The notes under the pieces: model-generated
Told to the model about the DNA's origin: nothing
Seen by the model: the letters and a program-made list of their open reading frames with translations, nothing else
The model's database searches: none
Position numbers and translations under genes: made by a program
DNA from: an uncultured Acidimicrobiales bacterium
Lineage (GTDB): Bacteria > Actinomycetota > Acidimicrobiia > Acidimicrobiales > SZUA-35
Direction: 5' to 3'
Length of the DNA: 64,000 nucleotides
Assembly (NCBI GenBank): GCA_963723995.1
Contig: CAVRSZ010000001.1
Span: forward strand, 1,581,410-1,645,409
In this document: positions 48,705 through 58,683 of the stretch, piece by piece
Position numbering within the stretch: position 1 is the stretch's first letter
How the letters are laid out: each line of letters opens with the position of its first letter

Positions 48705-48840
48705 GTCGATCGTGCTCGTTTCTCTCGGTTGGGTCGGATTCTGTCGGTTCCCGGGCCATCCCGATGGTAGTTGCCCCCACCGGTTCCGGCGCCAACCGGA
48801 TCGGGCGGGCACGCTGGGCAGGAGCTCGACCCCGCTCGAC

Positions 48841-50598
48841 CTAGAGCGCCGCTCCGACCAGGATCCCGCTGAGCACGGCGACCGCGATCAGCAGACCGGC
48901 TTCGATGGCCACCACCATCGAGAACCCGATCCGCGGCGACGGGACCCTACCGTCGGCCGTCGCCCGAGCCGCCATTCGGGGCAGCAGTACGAAGTGGTTG
49001 TAGCCGCCAAGTGCGGCTCCAGCAGCAACCAGGGCCAGCTTGACCAGCAGGAGTCGACCCCAGTCGGTGGTCCACAACTGCGACGGCGAGTCCACGATCA
49101 TGGCGGTCAGGGCCACACCGACCACACCGACGACCACCAGTCCGGTGGCGGCGACCACGGAGAAGCGGGCACCGAGTTCGGCACCGTTGACCGGTGGCCG
49201 CCGGCGCCTCCGCAACAGGGTCAGGGTCAGCGCCACCACTCCCCCGGCCCAGGCCCCGGCGGCGGCGACGTGGGAGATGGCGGCCAACGACATGACGACA
49301 CGATTACCCCTACTCAGGGTGTGCCCGTCGAAGATATGCGACGTGGCCAGCATGATCGAGGCGATGATGGCCACCACCGCCGCCGAACCGAACCGCCACG
49401 CCACCGACGGCGCAGCCGCAGGAGCCTCGACCACCGCCTCGACCGCGTCGGGAATCACCGTTTTGGTCGACACGGCCGACGGCGAACGGGGTTGGCCGCC
49501 GGACATCGGGGCCGAAACGGGCTGCATGGGTGGCTGGGAACCGGCACCACCGGCCGGCCTGCGGTCGGCGCCGTGTCGCCACTTGAGTCGGGGCATGGGC
49601 AGGGCCCACAGCAACGCACCGCCCATGGCTCGAAGGCCGGCCGAGTAACCCAGCTCGGTGTCGGCCATCTCCAGCAGGTTCGCAAACGACCATCGGCCGT
49701 ACTCGACATAGATCTGGGCCATGACCTGGAGGGCGGCACCGCACACCACGATCAGGCCACACGTTCCGGCCCAGCGAGCCACGGCCACGATGTCGTCCGG
49801 CCGATCGAGAACGAACACGGCGAAGACCAGGGCGCCGATGGCCAGCACCGCACCGGCATAGGCCATCCCGCGGCCCAGGTTGGCCACCAGCTCGGCGTTC
49901 CCCAGTCGCTCGACACCTGCGGTGGCAAAGTCGGCGGCGCTGTCGACCTCCACCACCCGGCTGACGATGGTGTTCTCACCGGCACCGCTGTTCTCGCTCA
50001 CACCGGCAGAGCCGGAATCAGGGTCGACCGGCTCGGGGCCGGCAGCCGGCGGCGCCCCATCCTGGGACTGGCCGACCAGTGCCTCGTCGGCGTCGCTCGA
50101 GTCCCCAAACGACACCGTCGCCGCGTCCGACACCGCACCGATCGCCGGTTCGGTCCCCGACTGAGCGATGGCATCGGTGGTGGCGTCGAGCGTCGGGTCG
50201 GGCTCGGCGTCCCGGGACACGGCCTGGGCGGTCACGGTGAACGAGAACCCGCCGGAGATGGCGTGGGCGTCAGGGGCCTTGACCGTCCAGCGAATCGCCA
50301 CCTCGCCACCGGATAGGGGCGGATCGAACCGCAACAACCACTCTGACCCGTTTTGGGCCACCACCTCGTCGGGGCTGCGGACCCCACGCGTCGGATCGAG
50401 AGCCACGAAACCCTCCCCGGTGGGCTCGGCCTCGCCGGTGAAGGTGATGACAACCTCGCTCACGGGCTCGGACAGCCGATCACCGTCTGACGGCTCGGAA
50501 CCGTCGAAGCCGGTGTGGGCGGCGGCCGGCGTCGAATGCAGCACCGACTGAAGGGCGATCACCACCAACAGCCAGGCGGCGACGATGATGACCCGCAT
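48841..50598 (-). CDS. CopC-CopD fusion copper resistance/transport protein
   Basis: A signal peptide is followed by AAAHTGFDGSEPSDGDRLSEPVSEVVITFTGEAE (CopC-like). The C-terminal half has ~8 hydrophobic helices (CopD-like). Start at ATG 50598 (MRVIIVAAWLL). Confidence 0.8.
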   Translation of the reverse strand: MRVIIVAAWLLVVIALQSVLHSTPAAAHTGFDGSEPSDGDRLSEPVSEVVITFTGEAEPTGEGFVALDPTRGVRSPDEVVAQNGSEWLLRFDPPLSGGEVAIRWTVKAPDAHAISGGFSFTVTAQAVSRDAEPDPTLDATTDAIAQSGTEPAIGAVSDAATVSFGDSSDADEALVGQSQDGAPPAAGPEPVDPDSGSAGVSENSGAGENTIVSRVVEVDSAADFATAGVERLGNAELVANLGRGMAYAGAVLAIGALVFAVFVLDRPDDIVAVARWAGTCGLIVVCGAALQVMAQIYVEYGRWSFANLLEMADTELGYSAGLRAMGGALLWALPMPRLKWRHGADRRPAGGAGSQPPMQPVSAPMSGGQPRSPSAVSTKTVIPDAVEAVVEAPAAAPSVAWRFGSAAVVAIIASIMLATSHIFDGHTLSRGNRVVMSLAAISHVAAAGAWAGGVVALTLTLLRRRRRPPVNGAELGARFSVVAATGLVVVGVVGVALTAMIVDSPSQLWTTDWGRLLLVKLALVAAGAALGGYNHFVLLPRMAARATADGRVPSPRIGFSMVVAIEAGLLIAVAVLSGILVGAAL

Positions 50599-50690
50599 CA
50601 GCCGGCCACAATGACCGGGAGCGTACCGATACCCGCGACTCCCCAAGGATCAACACGGTATCGGACTTCATGGCCCCGCGCCTGCAGTAT

Positions 50691-50762
50691 GGGGATTTCG
50701 CGATGTTCCAGGAAATCCCCCGGACTCCCCGGAGGCTCGGTCGACATCGGGGTGATGTCGAC
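50691..50762 (-). terminator. Two tandem perfect 9-bp hairpins between the carotenoid oxygenase stop and the copCD start
   Basis: GTCGACATC-ggggt-GATGTCGAC lies at 50740..50762, and GGGGATTTC-N12-GAAATCCCC at 50691..50720. They may act as terminators or as an operator. Neither has a U-tract. Confidence 0.35.
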
Positions 50763-50813
50763 TTGAAGGTCTGCGGTGAAGGTCTTGCGGTGGGTGAATC
50801 CCAGGGTTGAACG

Positions 50814-52172
50814 TCAGCGGTGCTGGGCGATGGCGACAGGGTCGGTGATCCAGCTGCCGTGGAATCCCATGGGCACCCGTTGGGGCATCGTGACACGGGC
50901 CACCGGACCGGCGTCGACGGCGTCGGCCGCCACCAGCCACAGCTCCGAACTGTCCCCGGCCCGATCGTAGACATAGCTCAACAGCCAGCCGGCGGCGTCC
51001 GGGGCCTCGGGATCGGCCACCGGGACCGGCTCCGCCGCCTCCTGATCGCTCAGTTCCAGCAGCTGGGTGACCCCGGTGTCCAAGTCATAGCCCACCAGCC
51101 CGGACCGCTCGAGAGCGAGCACGGCACCATAGACACGGCCGTTGGCCCGACCGACGGCGGCGTCCGGCACCCGGGGGAACTCGATGGGCAGATCGTCGAG
51201 CTGGGTCTCGGCCACGGTTCCGGTTTCGAGGTCGATGACCCAGCGATGGAGGTTGGCGTCGGGGGTGAAGTCGTCCGAGCCCCGGCGCCAGAATTCGGGG
51301 TACCGGGCCACATCGAACACGATGTGACCGCCGGCCCGCTCGAAGCTGTTGGCGGGATGGAAGACATAGCACGGCTCGATGTCGAACCAACGGGTCCGGT
51401 CGCTCCCAGCGCCTCGGGGCATCACCCCGAGCCGGGCCCCGTAGTCGTCGTCCCACCGGTAGGGCATGGTGCCGGCAAGGGCCAACTCGAGGTCGAACAC
51501 CACGGGCAGATCCATGAACAATACGTGGTTCTCGGTGATGGAGAAGTCATGGACCATGGTCGGCCCCGGGACTTCGATGACCTCCGACTGGACCAACCGG
51601 CCCCGAGCATCGGCCCGGTGATAGGTCAGGTAGGGAGGGGCGAACCCGTAGCCGAAGAAGTGGAGCTCACCGGTGATGGGGCAGATCTTGGGATGGGCGG
51701 TCATGGCCGTGGTCAGGCCCCCGTCGAAGTCCCATGGACCGATGGTGTCGAGCTCGGCGTCGATGCGGCACGGGAAGCTCGACTCGACCAGGGCCAGGAT
51801 GGAACCGGCGTGGGCCACCACATGGGTGTTCGACACCCCGACGGTCAAATCGACGGTGCCATCGTCGGCGATGAGCCGGGCGCCGGGATCGGTGAACGGC
51901 TTCGTCCTGACCCAACGGTTCCGGTACCAGGCGGCACGGCCGTTGTGAATGCGTACGCCGTGGATCATTCCGTCGCCAAGGAACCAGTGGGGGGACCGGC
52001 CCGACTTCGGGTTGGGCCCATTGCGAAGGAACAGCCCATCCAGTGAGGCCGGGATCTCACCGACCACCGGCAGGTCGTGGGCCGTCACCTCCCGATCGAC
52101 GGGTCGGAAGTTGCCGGTGAGGTGAAACGGCGTGTCGGTGGTCTGCTCGGTGACCGAATCGGTGAGTCCCAT
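50814..52172 (-). CDS. Carotenoid oxygenase family (carotenoid/apocarotenoid cleavage dioxygenase)
   Basis: Contains TGNFRPV..E....LPVVGEIPASLDGLFLRNGPNP...HWFLGDGMIHGVRI...NTHVVAHAG..LAL.E....ELDT...TAHPK.....GELHFFGY...MVHDFSITENHVLFMDLP...GFHGSW. The upstream 233 codons of the ORF are antisense to the ABC ATPase gene. Confidence 0.85.
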   Translation of the reverse strand: MGLTDSVTEQTTDTPFHLTGNFRPVDREVTAHDLPVVGEIPASLDGLFLRNGPNPKSGRSPHWFLGDGMIHGVRIHNGRAAWYRNRWVRTKPFTDPGARLIADDGTVDLTVGVSNTHVVAHAGSILALVESSFPCRIDAELDTIGPWDFDGGLTTAMTAHPKICPITGELHFFGYGFAPPYLTYHRADARGRLVQSEVIEVPGPTMVHDFSITENHVLFMDLPVVFDLELALAGTMPYRWDDDYGARLGVMPRGAGSDRTRWFDIEPCYVFHPANSFERAGGHIVFDVARYPEFWRRGSDDFTPDANLHRWVIDLETGTVAETQLDDLPIEFPRVPDAAVGRANGRVYGAVLALERSGLVGYDLDTGVTQLLELSDQEAAEPVPVADPEAPDAAGWLLSYVYDRAGDSSELWLVAADAVDAGPVARVTMPQRVPMGFHGSWITDPVAIAQHR

Positions 52173-52257
52173 ACGCCAGTCTTCCACAGCCGCCGACCCG
52201 CCGGGTATTCCCGCTGCTCGGTCTGCCCCTCGCGGATAGGCTTGACGGGTGAGTGTG

Positions 52258-53229
52258 ATGATCGAAGCCCGAAACCTCCACAAGCGGTTCGGAGAGACGC
52301 TGGCCCTGGCCGGGCTAGACCTGGAAGTGGCCGAGGGCCTGGTGTTCGGCATGCTCGGACCCAACGGGGCGGGCAAGACCACGGCGGTGCGAGTCTTGGC
52401 CACCCTGCTCCAGCCCGACCAGGGCTCGGCCCGAATCGACGGTGTCGACGTACTGGCCGAGCCGGCGAGGATTCGGGCCCGGATCGGAGTGACCGGCCAG
52501 TACGCCGCGGTCGACGAGGGGCTCACGGCCCGGGAGAACCTGGAGATCGTCGGTCGGTTCAACCATCTGTCGGGCCGGCAGACGCAGCTTCGAGCCAACG
52601 AGCTGTTGGAGCGCTTCGCCCTCACCGACGCCGCCGATCGGGTGGTCAAGGGCTTCTCCGGCGGCATGCGCCGTCGCATCGACATCGCCATGAGCCTGGT
52701 GGCTCGACCCCGGGTGCTGTTCCTGGACGAGCCGACAACCGGGCTCGATCCCCGAAGCCGGCTGGCGATGTGGGATCTCATCACCGAGCTCAAACATGAC
52801 GGCATGACCACCCTGCTCACCACCCAGTACCTGGACGAGGCCGACCGGCTGTCCGATGACATCATGGTCATCGATCAGGGCCAAGCCATCGCCCACGGCA
52901 CGGCGGCCGAACTCAAAGAACAGGTGGGTGGGGCCCGGGCCGTGATCACCACCTCGGCCCCGATCGACGACGTGGTTCGGGCCGTGGGCGATCTGGCCAA
53001 ATCGGCGGCAACCCCGTATCGAGACGGCGATACCGTCTCCATCGCCGTGCACCGCACCACCACCACCCCCGATCTCGTTCGCCGCCTCGACACCGTCGGC
53101 ATCCCCGTCACCGAGGTGGCGGTGACCACGCCGACCCTGGACGATGTCTTCCTCACCCTCACCGGTCACCACGCCGAGGTGGGGGACGACGGGACGACAG
53201 CAGGCAACACCCTGGAAGGGGTTCACTGA
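52258..53229 (+). CDS. ABC transporter ATP-binding protein (DrrA-like)
   Basis: Walker A GPNGAGKTT, signature FSGGMRRR, Walker B VLFLDEPTTGLD. The start could also be GTG 52249. Confidence 0.9.
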   Translation: MIEARNLHKRFGETLALAGLDLEVAEGLVFGMLGPNGAGKTTAVRVLATLLQPDQGSARIDGVDVLAEPARIRARIGVTGQYAAVDEGLTARENLEIVGRFNHLSGRQTQLRANELLERFALTDAADRVVKGFSGGMRRRIDIAMSLVARPRVLFLDEPTTGLDPRSRLAMWDLITELKHDGMTTLLTTQYLDEADRLSDDIMVIDQGQAIAHGTAAELKEQVGGARAVITTSAPIDDVVRAVGDLAKSAATPYRDGDTVSIAVHRTTTTPDLVRRLDTVGIPVTEVAVTTPTLDDVFLTLTGHHAEVGDDGTTAGNTLEGVH

Positions 53230-54062
53230 TGACCACACTCGCCGGTGAGCCGGCCACGGCGGCGACATCCGACGACGATCGCTACGAGCCCAAGACCGGC
53301 CCGATCTGGGCCCTGCGGGATTCCTGGACCGAAGCCGTCCGTCATCTCCGCATCATCCCCCGCAACATCGAGTTGATCATGTTCGCCACCCTGCAGCCCA
53401 TCATGTTCGTGCTGCTGTTCAACTTCGTGTTCGGAGGCGCCATCGCCGGGGTCGACAACTACACCCAATTCCTGCTGCCCGGCGTGTTCGCCCAGACCGT
53501 GCTCTTCGGTTCGGCCTTCACCGGGATCGGGCTGGCCACCGATATGGAGAAGGGCTACGTCGACCGGCTCCGGACCCTGCCCATCTCCCAGTCGGCGGTG
53601 CTAACCGGCCGTACCCTGTCCGACTTCATCCGGAACCTCATCACCTTCACCGTGATGATCATCGTCGGCTTCCTCATCGGCTTCCGGTTCGAGGGCGGCA
53701 TCGCCGATGGGTTGCTGGCATGCCTGCTCTTGCTGGCCTTCAGCTACGCCTTCAGCTGGGTCCAGGCCCTGATCGGCCTGTCGGTCAATTCGGTGGAGGC
53801 GGCCAACTCGGCCGGATTCATCTGGATGTTCCCCCTGACCTTCGTGTCGTCGGCGTTCGTGCCCACCGAATCCATGCCGAGCTGGCTACAGCCGGTGGCC
53901 GACGCCAACCCCTTCACCAAGGTCACCAACGCCGCCCGTGCCCTGTACGGCGGTCTGCCGGCCGGCGACGACGTCTGGATTTCGATGCTGTGGGCCATCG
54001 GTATCACCGTGGTGTTCGCCTTTCTGGCCGTGCGAAAGTTCACCGGCTCCGTGACCAGGTGA
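53229..54062 (+). CDS. ABC-2 type transporter permease (DrrB-like)
   Basis: There is a TGATG overlap with the ATPase gene. Six hydrophobic segments are present, plus the ABC-2 type motif LPISQSAVLTGRTLSD. Confidence 0.85.
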   Translation: MTTLAGEPATAATSDDDRYEPKTGPIWALRDSWTEAVRHLRIIPRNIELIMFATLQPIMFVLLFNFVFGGAIAGVDNYTQFLLPGVFAQTVLFGSAFTGIGLATDMEKGYVDRLRTLPISQSAVLTGRTLSDFIRNLITFTVMIIVGFLIGFRFEGGIADGLLACLLLLAFSYAFSWVQALIGLSVNSVEAANSAGFIWMFPLTFVSSAFVPTESMPSWLQPVADANPFTKVTNAARALYGGLPAGDDVWISMLWAIGITVVFAFLAVRKFTGSVTR

Positions 54063-54100
54063 GGCCCGGGGGGGCAGGTGGCCACCGCGGGAGACGGTCG

Positions 54101-55474
54101 ATGGGTGACATTCTCGCCGGTACGACACGGGTGGTCGTGGTCGGGGCCGGCTTCGCCGGTCTGGATGCGGTCAAGGAGTTGGAGGACGCCCCGGTCGAGG
54201 TGACGCTCCTCGACCGCCGCAACCATCACCTGTTCCAGCCCCTGCTGTATCAGGTGGCCACAGCCGGGCTGAACCCATCCGACATCGCCCAACCCATCCG
54301 CCATGTGGTCGGCGGCCAGCGCAATTGCCGGGTGCTGATGGCCGACGTCGCCGATGTCGATCTCGATGCCCGCCGGTTGCAGACCGATCTCGGACCGATC
54401 GACTACGACTATCTGATCGTGGCCACCGGAGCCACCCACGACTATTTCGGCAACCAGGAATGGGCCCGCCATGCTCCGGGACTCAAGACGGTGGAGGATG
54501 CCTTGGATATCCGGCGCCGTCTCCTCACCGCCTTCGAACGGGCCGAGACCACGGCCGACCGGACCGAACGACAGCAACACATGACCTTTGTGGTGGTCGG
54601 GGCCGGGCCGACCGGGGTGGAACTGGCCGGCGCCATCAAGGAGATCGCCACCCACAGCCTGAGCGGCGACTTCCGGGTCATCGACACCTCGGAGGCCAAG
54701 GTGCTCCTGGTCGAGGCCGGACCCCAGGTGCTGCCGGCGTTCCCGGAGAAGCTGTCGGCGTCGGCCGAGCGGCAGTTGACCAACCTCGGTGTCGAGGTAC
54801 GAACCTCATGCATGGTGGTGGACGTACGGGCCGACGGTGTCTCGGTCAGGGCCACCGGCACCGAGGACGCGCCGACCGACATCGCCTCGTCCACCGTTGT
54901 GTGGGCCGCCGGCGTGGCGGCGTCACCGTTGGGGGCGGCCCTGTCCGGGAGCAGGGACAAGGCGGGGCGGGTGCCGGTCACGGTCGGCCTGAACCTGGCC
55001 GGCCACGACGAGGTGTTCGTGATCGGGGATCTGGCCGCCATCAGCGACGCCAAGGGAGTCGAGGTGCCCGGTGTGGCCCCGGCGGCGCAGCAGGCCGGGC
55101 GTCACGCCGCCCGATCGATCATGGCCGATCTCGAGGGCCGGGGCCGTGACGCCTTCGTCTACCGGGACAAGGGTTCGATGGCCACCATCGGCCGGTCGGC
55201 GGCCGTGGTCCATCTCGGTCCCTTCGACTTCTCCGGCTACCCGGCCTGGGTGGCGTGGTGGCTGGTCCACATCTGGTCGCTGATCGGATTCCGTTCACGG
55301 GCCGCCGTCATGGCCGGCTGGGCCTGGCAATACCTCACCCGGCGCCGCGTGGCTCGCCTGATCACCGCTCCGACTCCGTTGCCCGGGCCGGATCGGCCTG
55401 CCGATCATCACCCTCGGCTCGATCATCCGGAGACAGCCGGCGAGAACCGCCGTCATCAGAGCCCGTCGAGCTGA
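54101..55474 (+). CDS. ndh: Type II NADH dehydrogenase (NDH-2)
   Basis: Contains RVVVVGAGFAGL, HLFQPLLYQVATAGL, FVVVGAGPTGVELAGA, VFVIGD. GGGAG lies 8 nt before ATG 54101. The ORF track extension to 53720 overlaps the permease. Confidence 0.85.
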   Translation: MGDILAGTTRVVVVGAGFAGLDAVKELEDAPVEVTLLDRRNHHLFQPLLYQVATAGLNPSDIAQPIRHVVGGQRNCRVLMADVADVDLDARRLQTDLGPIDYDYLIVATGATHDYFGNQEWARHAPGLKTVEDALDIRRRLLTAFERAETTADRTERQQHMTFVVVGAGPTGVELAGAIKEIATHSLSGDFRVIDTSEAKVLLVEAGPQVLPAFPEKLSASAERQLTNLGVEVRTSCMVVDVRADGVSVRATGTEDAPTDIASSTVVWAAGVAASPLGAALSGSRDKAGRVPVTVGLNLAGHDEVFVIGDLAAISDAKGVEVPGVAPAAQQAGRHAARSIMADLEGRGRDAFVYRDKGSMATIGRSAAVVHLGPFDFSGYPAWVAWWLVHIWSLIGFRSRAAVMAGWAWQYLTRRRVARLITAPTPLPGPDRPADHHPRLDHPETAGENRRHQSPSS

Positions 55475-56486
55475 CCTCATCAGCTCCGGGCCCATCGGAC
55501 TCGCCCCGAGCCGACACCACCCACTCCGGGGCCGGCACGCCCTCGGAGCGAATGCGGATGTCGTGTTGGGAGAACGGGATCTCGATGCCCTCCTCGTTGA
55601 ACCGGCGCTTGATCTCGGCCCGGACTTTGCGGCCCACCACCCACTGTTCACCCGGTTCGGTCTTGACCAGCATGCGGAGCACCACCGAGCTGGGACCGAA
55701 CTCCTCGACACCGAGCAACTTCGGTTCCTCGATGATGGTGGCCTCCTCGTCGGCGGCCTCCCGCACGGCGTTGGCCGCCGCCACCATGGCCTGACCGGCG
55801 CGTTCGATGTCGTTCTCGTAGGCGATCCCGACGTCGAGAACAGCGCGGGACCACAGCTTGGAGTAATTGCCGACCCGGGTGATCTCGCCGTTCGGGATGT
55901 ACCATGCCCGCCCCTCCAGATCCCGCAGGCGGGTGAACCGCAGCGTGATGCGCTCCACCTCGCCGATCGCCGGCCCCAGGTCGACGATGTCCCCGACCCC
56001 GTACTGGTCCTCGAGCACGATGAAGAACCCGGCCAGCAGATCACGGATAATCTGCTGGGCCCCGAACCCGATGGCAACCCCGGCCACCCCGGCCCCGGCC
56101 AGCAGTGGCGCCAGTTCGACATCGAGTTCCCCCAGCACCAGGAGAATGCCGATGAACCAGACAGTGATGGTGAGCACCGACACGGCGACCACGGCCAGGG
56201 TCCTGGCCCGTTGCCGGGCCCGTTCCCGGCTGAGCTGTCGGGCCGCGTAGTTCTCCTGAGAACCACGAATCTCGTCGAAGTTCGACTCGTCCTGCTCCCG
56301 GCTCGTGATGATGCGATCGACGGTTCGGGGAACCCACCGTTTGACGATGGCCACCAGCACGGCGGTGGCCACCAGGATGAGCACGATCCGCAGGGCGACC
56401 ACGCCGATGTCAGCCACGAGTGACAGGTTCTCGTCGGTCAACACCTCGTCGGTCAGCGGGTTCTCGGTAAGGATGTTGTCGTCCAT
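55362..56486 (-). CDS. Small-conductance mechanosensitive channel (MscS family)
   Basis: Contains GAGVAGVAIGFGAQQIIRDLLAGFFIVLEDQYGVGDIVD...GEVERITLRFTRLRDLEGRAWYIPNGEI. Its 3' end overlaps ndh convergently by 113 nt. Confidence 0.85.
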   Translation of the reverse strand: MDDNILTENPLTDEVLTDENLSLVADIGVVALRIVLILVATAVLVAIVKRWVPRTVDRIITSREQDESNFDEIRGSQENYAARQLSRERARQRARTLAVVAVSVLTITVWFIGILLVLGELDVELAPLLAGAGVAGVAIGFGAQQIIRDLLAGFFIVLEDQYGVGDIVDLGPAIGEVERITLRFTRLRDLEGRAWYIPNGEITRVGNYSKLWSRAVLDVGIAYENDIERAGQAMVAAANAVREAADEEATIIEEPKLLGVEEFGPSSVVLRMLVKTEPGEQWVVGRKVRAEIKRRFNEEGIEIPFSQHDIRIRSEGVPAPEWVVSARGESDGPGADEVSSTGSDDGGSRRLSPDDRAEGDDRQADPARATESER

Positions 56487-56599
56487 CTCCGAGGCAGGAT
56501 AGCGACTCCGCGCCGTCGGGCTTCGCGTCCATCCCTCGATGCGTCACCGTCGCGGTCATGGACACAGCAGCCGCGCCGGCGGTGCCGGGCATCGTCGAC

Positions 56600-57670
56600 T
56601 CAACCCGTCGTCGCTCGACCGGCCTCGGTGAACAGATGACACATCACGACGCCCTCGGCGTCGGGTTCGGCATCATGCAGGCCGGCTCTCGACACCGGCT
56701 CGGGGAACGACGAGGAGCAGGGCTCGAAGGCATGCGGACAGCGGGTGACGAACGGGCAGCCGTAGTGGGGCACCGAACTCCACGGCCCCAGATCGTCGTC
56801 GGTGCTGAGATCCAGCCGCCGTTCGGGCTCGATCACCGGGTCCTGTTCCGGTCTCGCCGCCGTCGACAACAGCAGCTGGGTGTAGGGATGACGCGGGTTG
56901 TCGTGAATCTGATCCGACGGGGCGACCTCGACGATTCGACTGTGATACATCACGGCGATGCGATCGGCCACATGTCTGACCATGGCCAGGTCGTGGGCGA
57001 TGAACAGATACGTCAATCCCAGGTCGGCCTGTAGTTCACCGAGCAGGTTGATGACCTGGTTCTGGGTCGGCACGTCCATGTTCGACACCGGCTCGTCCAG
57101 AATCAGAACCCTTGGATCTCCGATGATGGCGCGGGCAATGGCGATTCGTTGCCGTTGACCACCCGAATACTCGTACGGATGGTGCTCGAGATCCCGGCGC
57201 CGCAGGCCGACCCGAACCAACAGATCACCGGCCCGGTCCAGTTGCCGCTGAGCCGACTCGCCGCGCGACGACAGCCTGGGCTGACTCAGAATCTGCCCGA
57301 CGGTCATGGACGGGTTCAACGAACCGGCCGACTCCTGCATGATGAGCTGGATGAAGTGCCGGTAGGCCCGGGGCACCGAGCGACCGAAGCCGGTCACATC
57401 GAACTCGCCGACCCTGATGGAACCCGACGTCGGCCTGATGGTTCGCAGCAGGGTCCTGGCGATCGTCGACTTGCCCGAGCCGGATTCGCCGACCAGACCC
57501 AACGTCTCACCGGAATCGACGTGGAAGGTGGCGTTCTGCACGGCCCACGTCTTGTTGCCCGACGGCGACAACCACCCCCACTTGCTCCCGGCGAAGGTCA
57601 CCGTCAAGTCATTCACCTCGACCAGCACCGGGTCGAGTTCGGCCGCCGAAAAGCCGGTCATGGCCACCAA
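56600..57670 (-). CDS. Oligopeptide/dipeptide-type ABC ATP-binding protein (OppF/DppF-like), orphan
   Basis: Contains GESGSGKST, YSGGQRQR, ILDEPVSNMD, and a C-terminal Cys-rich tail (HYGCPFVTRCPHAFEPC). No permease or binding protein lies nearby. ATG 57664 is an alternative start. Confidence 0.8.
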   Translation of the reverse strand: MVAMTGFSAAELDPVLVEVNDLTVTFAGSKWGWLSPSGNKTWAVQNATFHVDSGETLGLVGESGSGKSTIARTLLRTIRPTSGSIRVGEFDVTGFGRSVPRAYRHFIQLIMQESAGSLNPSMTVGQILSQPRLSSRGESAQRQLDRAGDLLVRVGLRRRDLEHHPYEYSGGQRQRIAIARAIIGDPRVLILDEPVSNMDVPTQNQVINLLGELQADLGLTYLFIAHDLAMVRHVADRIAVMYHSRIVEVAPSDQIHDNPRHPYTQLLLSTAARPEQDPVIEPERRLDLSTDDDLGPWSSVPHYGCPFVTRCPHAFEPCSSSFPEPVSRAGLHDAEPDAEGVVMCHLFTEAGRATTG

Positions 57671-57704
57671 CGGTATCGCAGCCCGGGACCGGCTTCAGTC
57701 TGCT

Positions 57705-58652
57705 CTACCGCCAGGGGGCGCCGTCGGGGTCGATCCTGCGGTCGCCTCGATCGAGTCGATCCAGGCGGCGCAGCTCATCGTCGGTGAGACGGAGACGATG
57801 AGCAGCCCAATTGTCGATCAGGTGCTCGGAGCTGGAGGTTCGGGGGATGGCGCTGACCCCGGGTTGAGCCAGTAGCCAGGCCAGAGCCACCTGGCCCGCC
57901 GTGGCCCCATGGCCGGCGGCGATGTCACCGATGACGTCGTCTTCGAACACGGCGCCTCTGACCAGCGGGGTGTAGGCGGTGAAGGCCCATGCGTGCTCGT
58001 TGCACCAACGGCGCAACTCGTGCTGCTGGAGGTAGACGTGACACTCAACCTGAAGCGCCTCCAGTGGCGCCAGGTCCTTGATCTGCTCCAACTGGTCGAC
58101 GGTGAAGTTGGAGACCCCGATGTGGTGGGCCCGACCCGAGGCCTGCACCTGGGCCAGGGCGGCCAATGTGGCGTTGATGATCTCCCACCGTACCGGCCAG
58201 TGGATGAGCAGGAGGTCGACGTAATCGGTTCCGAGGTCGACCAGGCTCCGATCGAACGACTCGACCAGGTCGGCCGGATCGTGGCTGGAATTGTCGATCT
58301 TGGTGGTGATGAACAGCTCGTCCCGATCGACGCCGGCATCGACGACGCCCAGGCCGACGCCGTGCTCGTTGCCGTACATCTGGGCCGTGTCGAGGTGGCG
58401 ACAGCCCAGAACGATGGCTTCGGCCACCATGTTCCTGGCCTCGGCCGGGGTCAGCCCGTAGGTGCCGAAGCCGAGCGCCGGCATGACCATGCCGCCGACG
58501 CCATCGACCGTGGGCTGGCCGCCGAAGGACTTGCCCTTGCCATCGACCAGTGGATGATCGCCCCCCTCGCCTTCACGAACGGGCACGGGGTGGCCCGAGG
58601 CCCTGGAGCTTCGGGCTGCCGCATCGGTTGTGGAGTAGTCGGCCATGATCAT
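57705..58652 (-). CDS. Aldo/keto reductase
   Basis: Contains MPALGFGTYG, HLDTAQMYGNE, LFITTKI, YVDLLLIHWP, IGVSNF, IPRTSSSEHL. The start was chosen downstream of the hutH stop. Confidence 0.85.
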   Translation of the reverse strand: MIMADYSTTDAAARSSRASGHPVPVREGEGGDHPLVDGKGKSFGGQPTVDGVGGMVMPALGFGTYGLTPAEARNMVAEAIVLGCRHLDTAQMYGNEHGVGLGVVDAGVDRDELFITTKIDNSSHDPADLVESFDRSLVDLGTDYVDLLLIHWPVRWEIINATLAALAQVQASGRAHHIGVSNFTVDQLEQIKDLAPLEALQVECHVYLQQHELRRWCNEHAWAFTAYTPLVRGAVFEDDVIGDIAAGHGATAGQVALAWLLAQPGVSAIPRTSSSEHLIDNWAAHRLRLTDDELRRLDRLDRGDRRIDPDGAPWR

Positions 58653-58683
58653 CCGGCCTACCCGTGACCGGATACCACAAACA

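Noticed and set aside
52173-52871. N-terminal 233 codons of ORF 50814..52871.
   Set aside because: It is Ser/Arg-rich and exactly antisense to the ABC ATPase gene. The carotenoid oxygenase homology starts at MGLTDSV (ATG 52172).
53720-54100. Upstream extension of the NDH-2 ORF.
   Set aside because: It overlaps the ABC-2 permease in another frame and is Arg/Gly-rich. An SD plus ATG at 54101 precedes the Rossmann GxGxxG motif.
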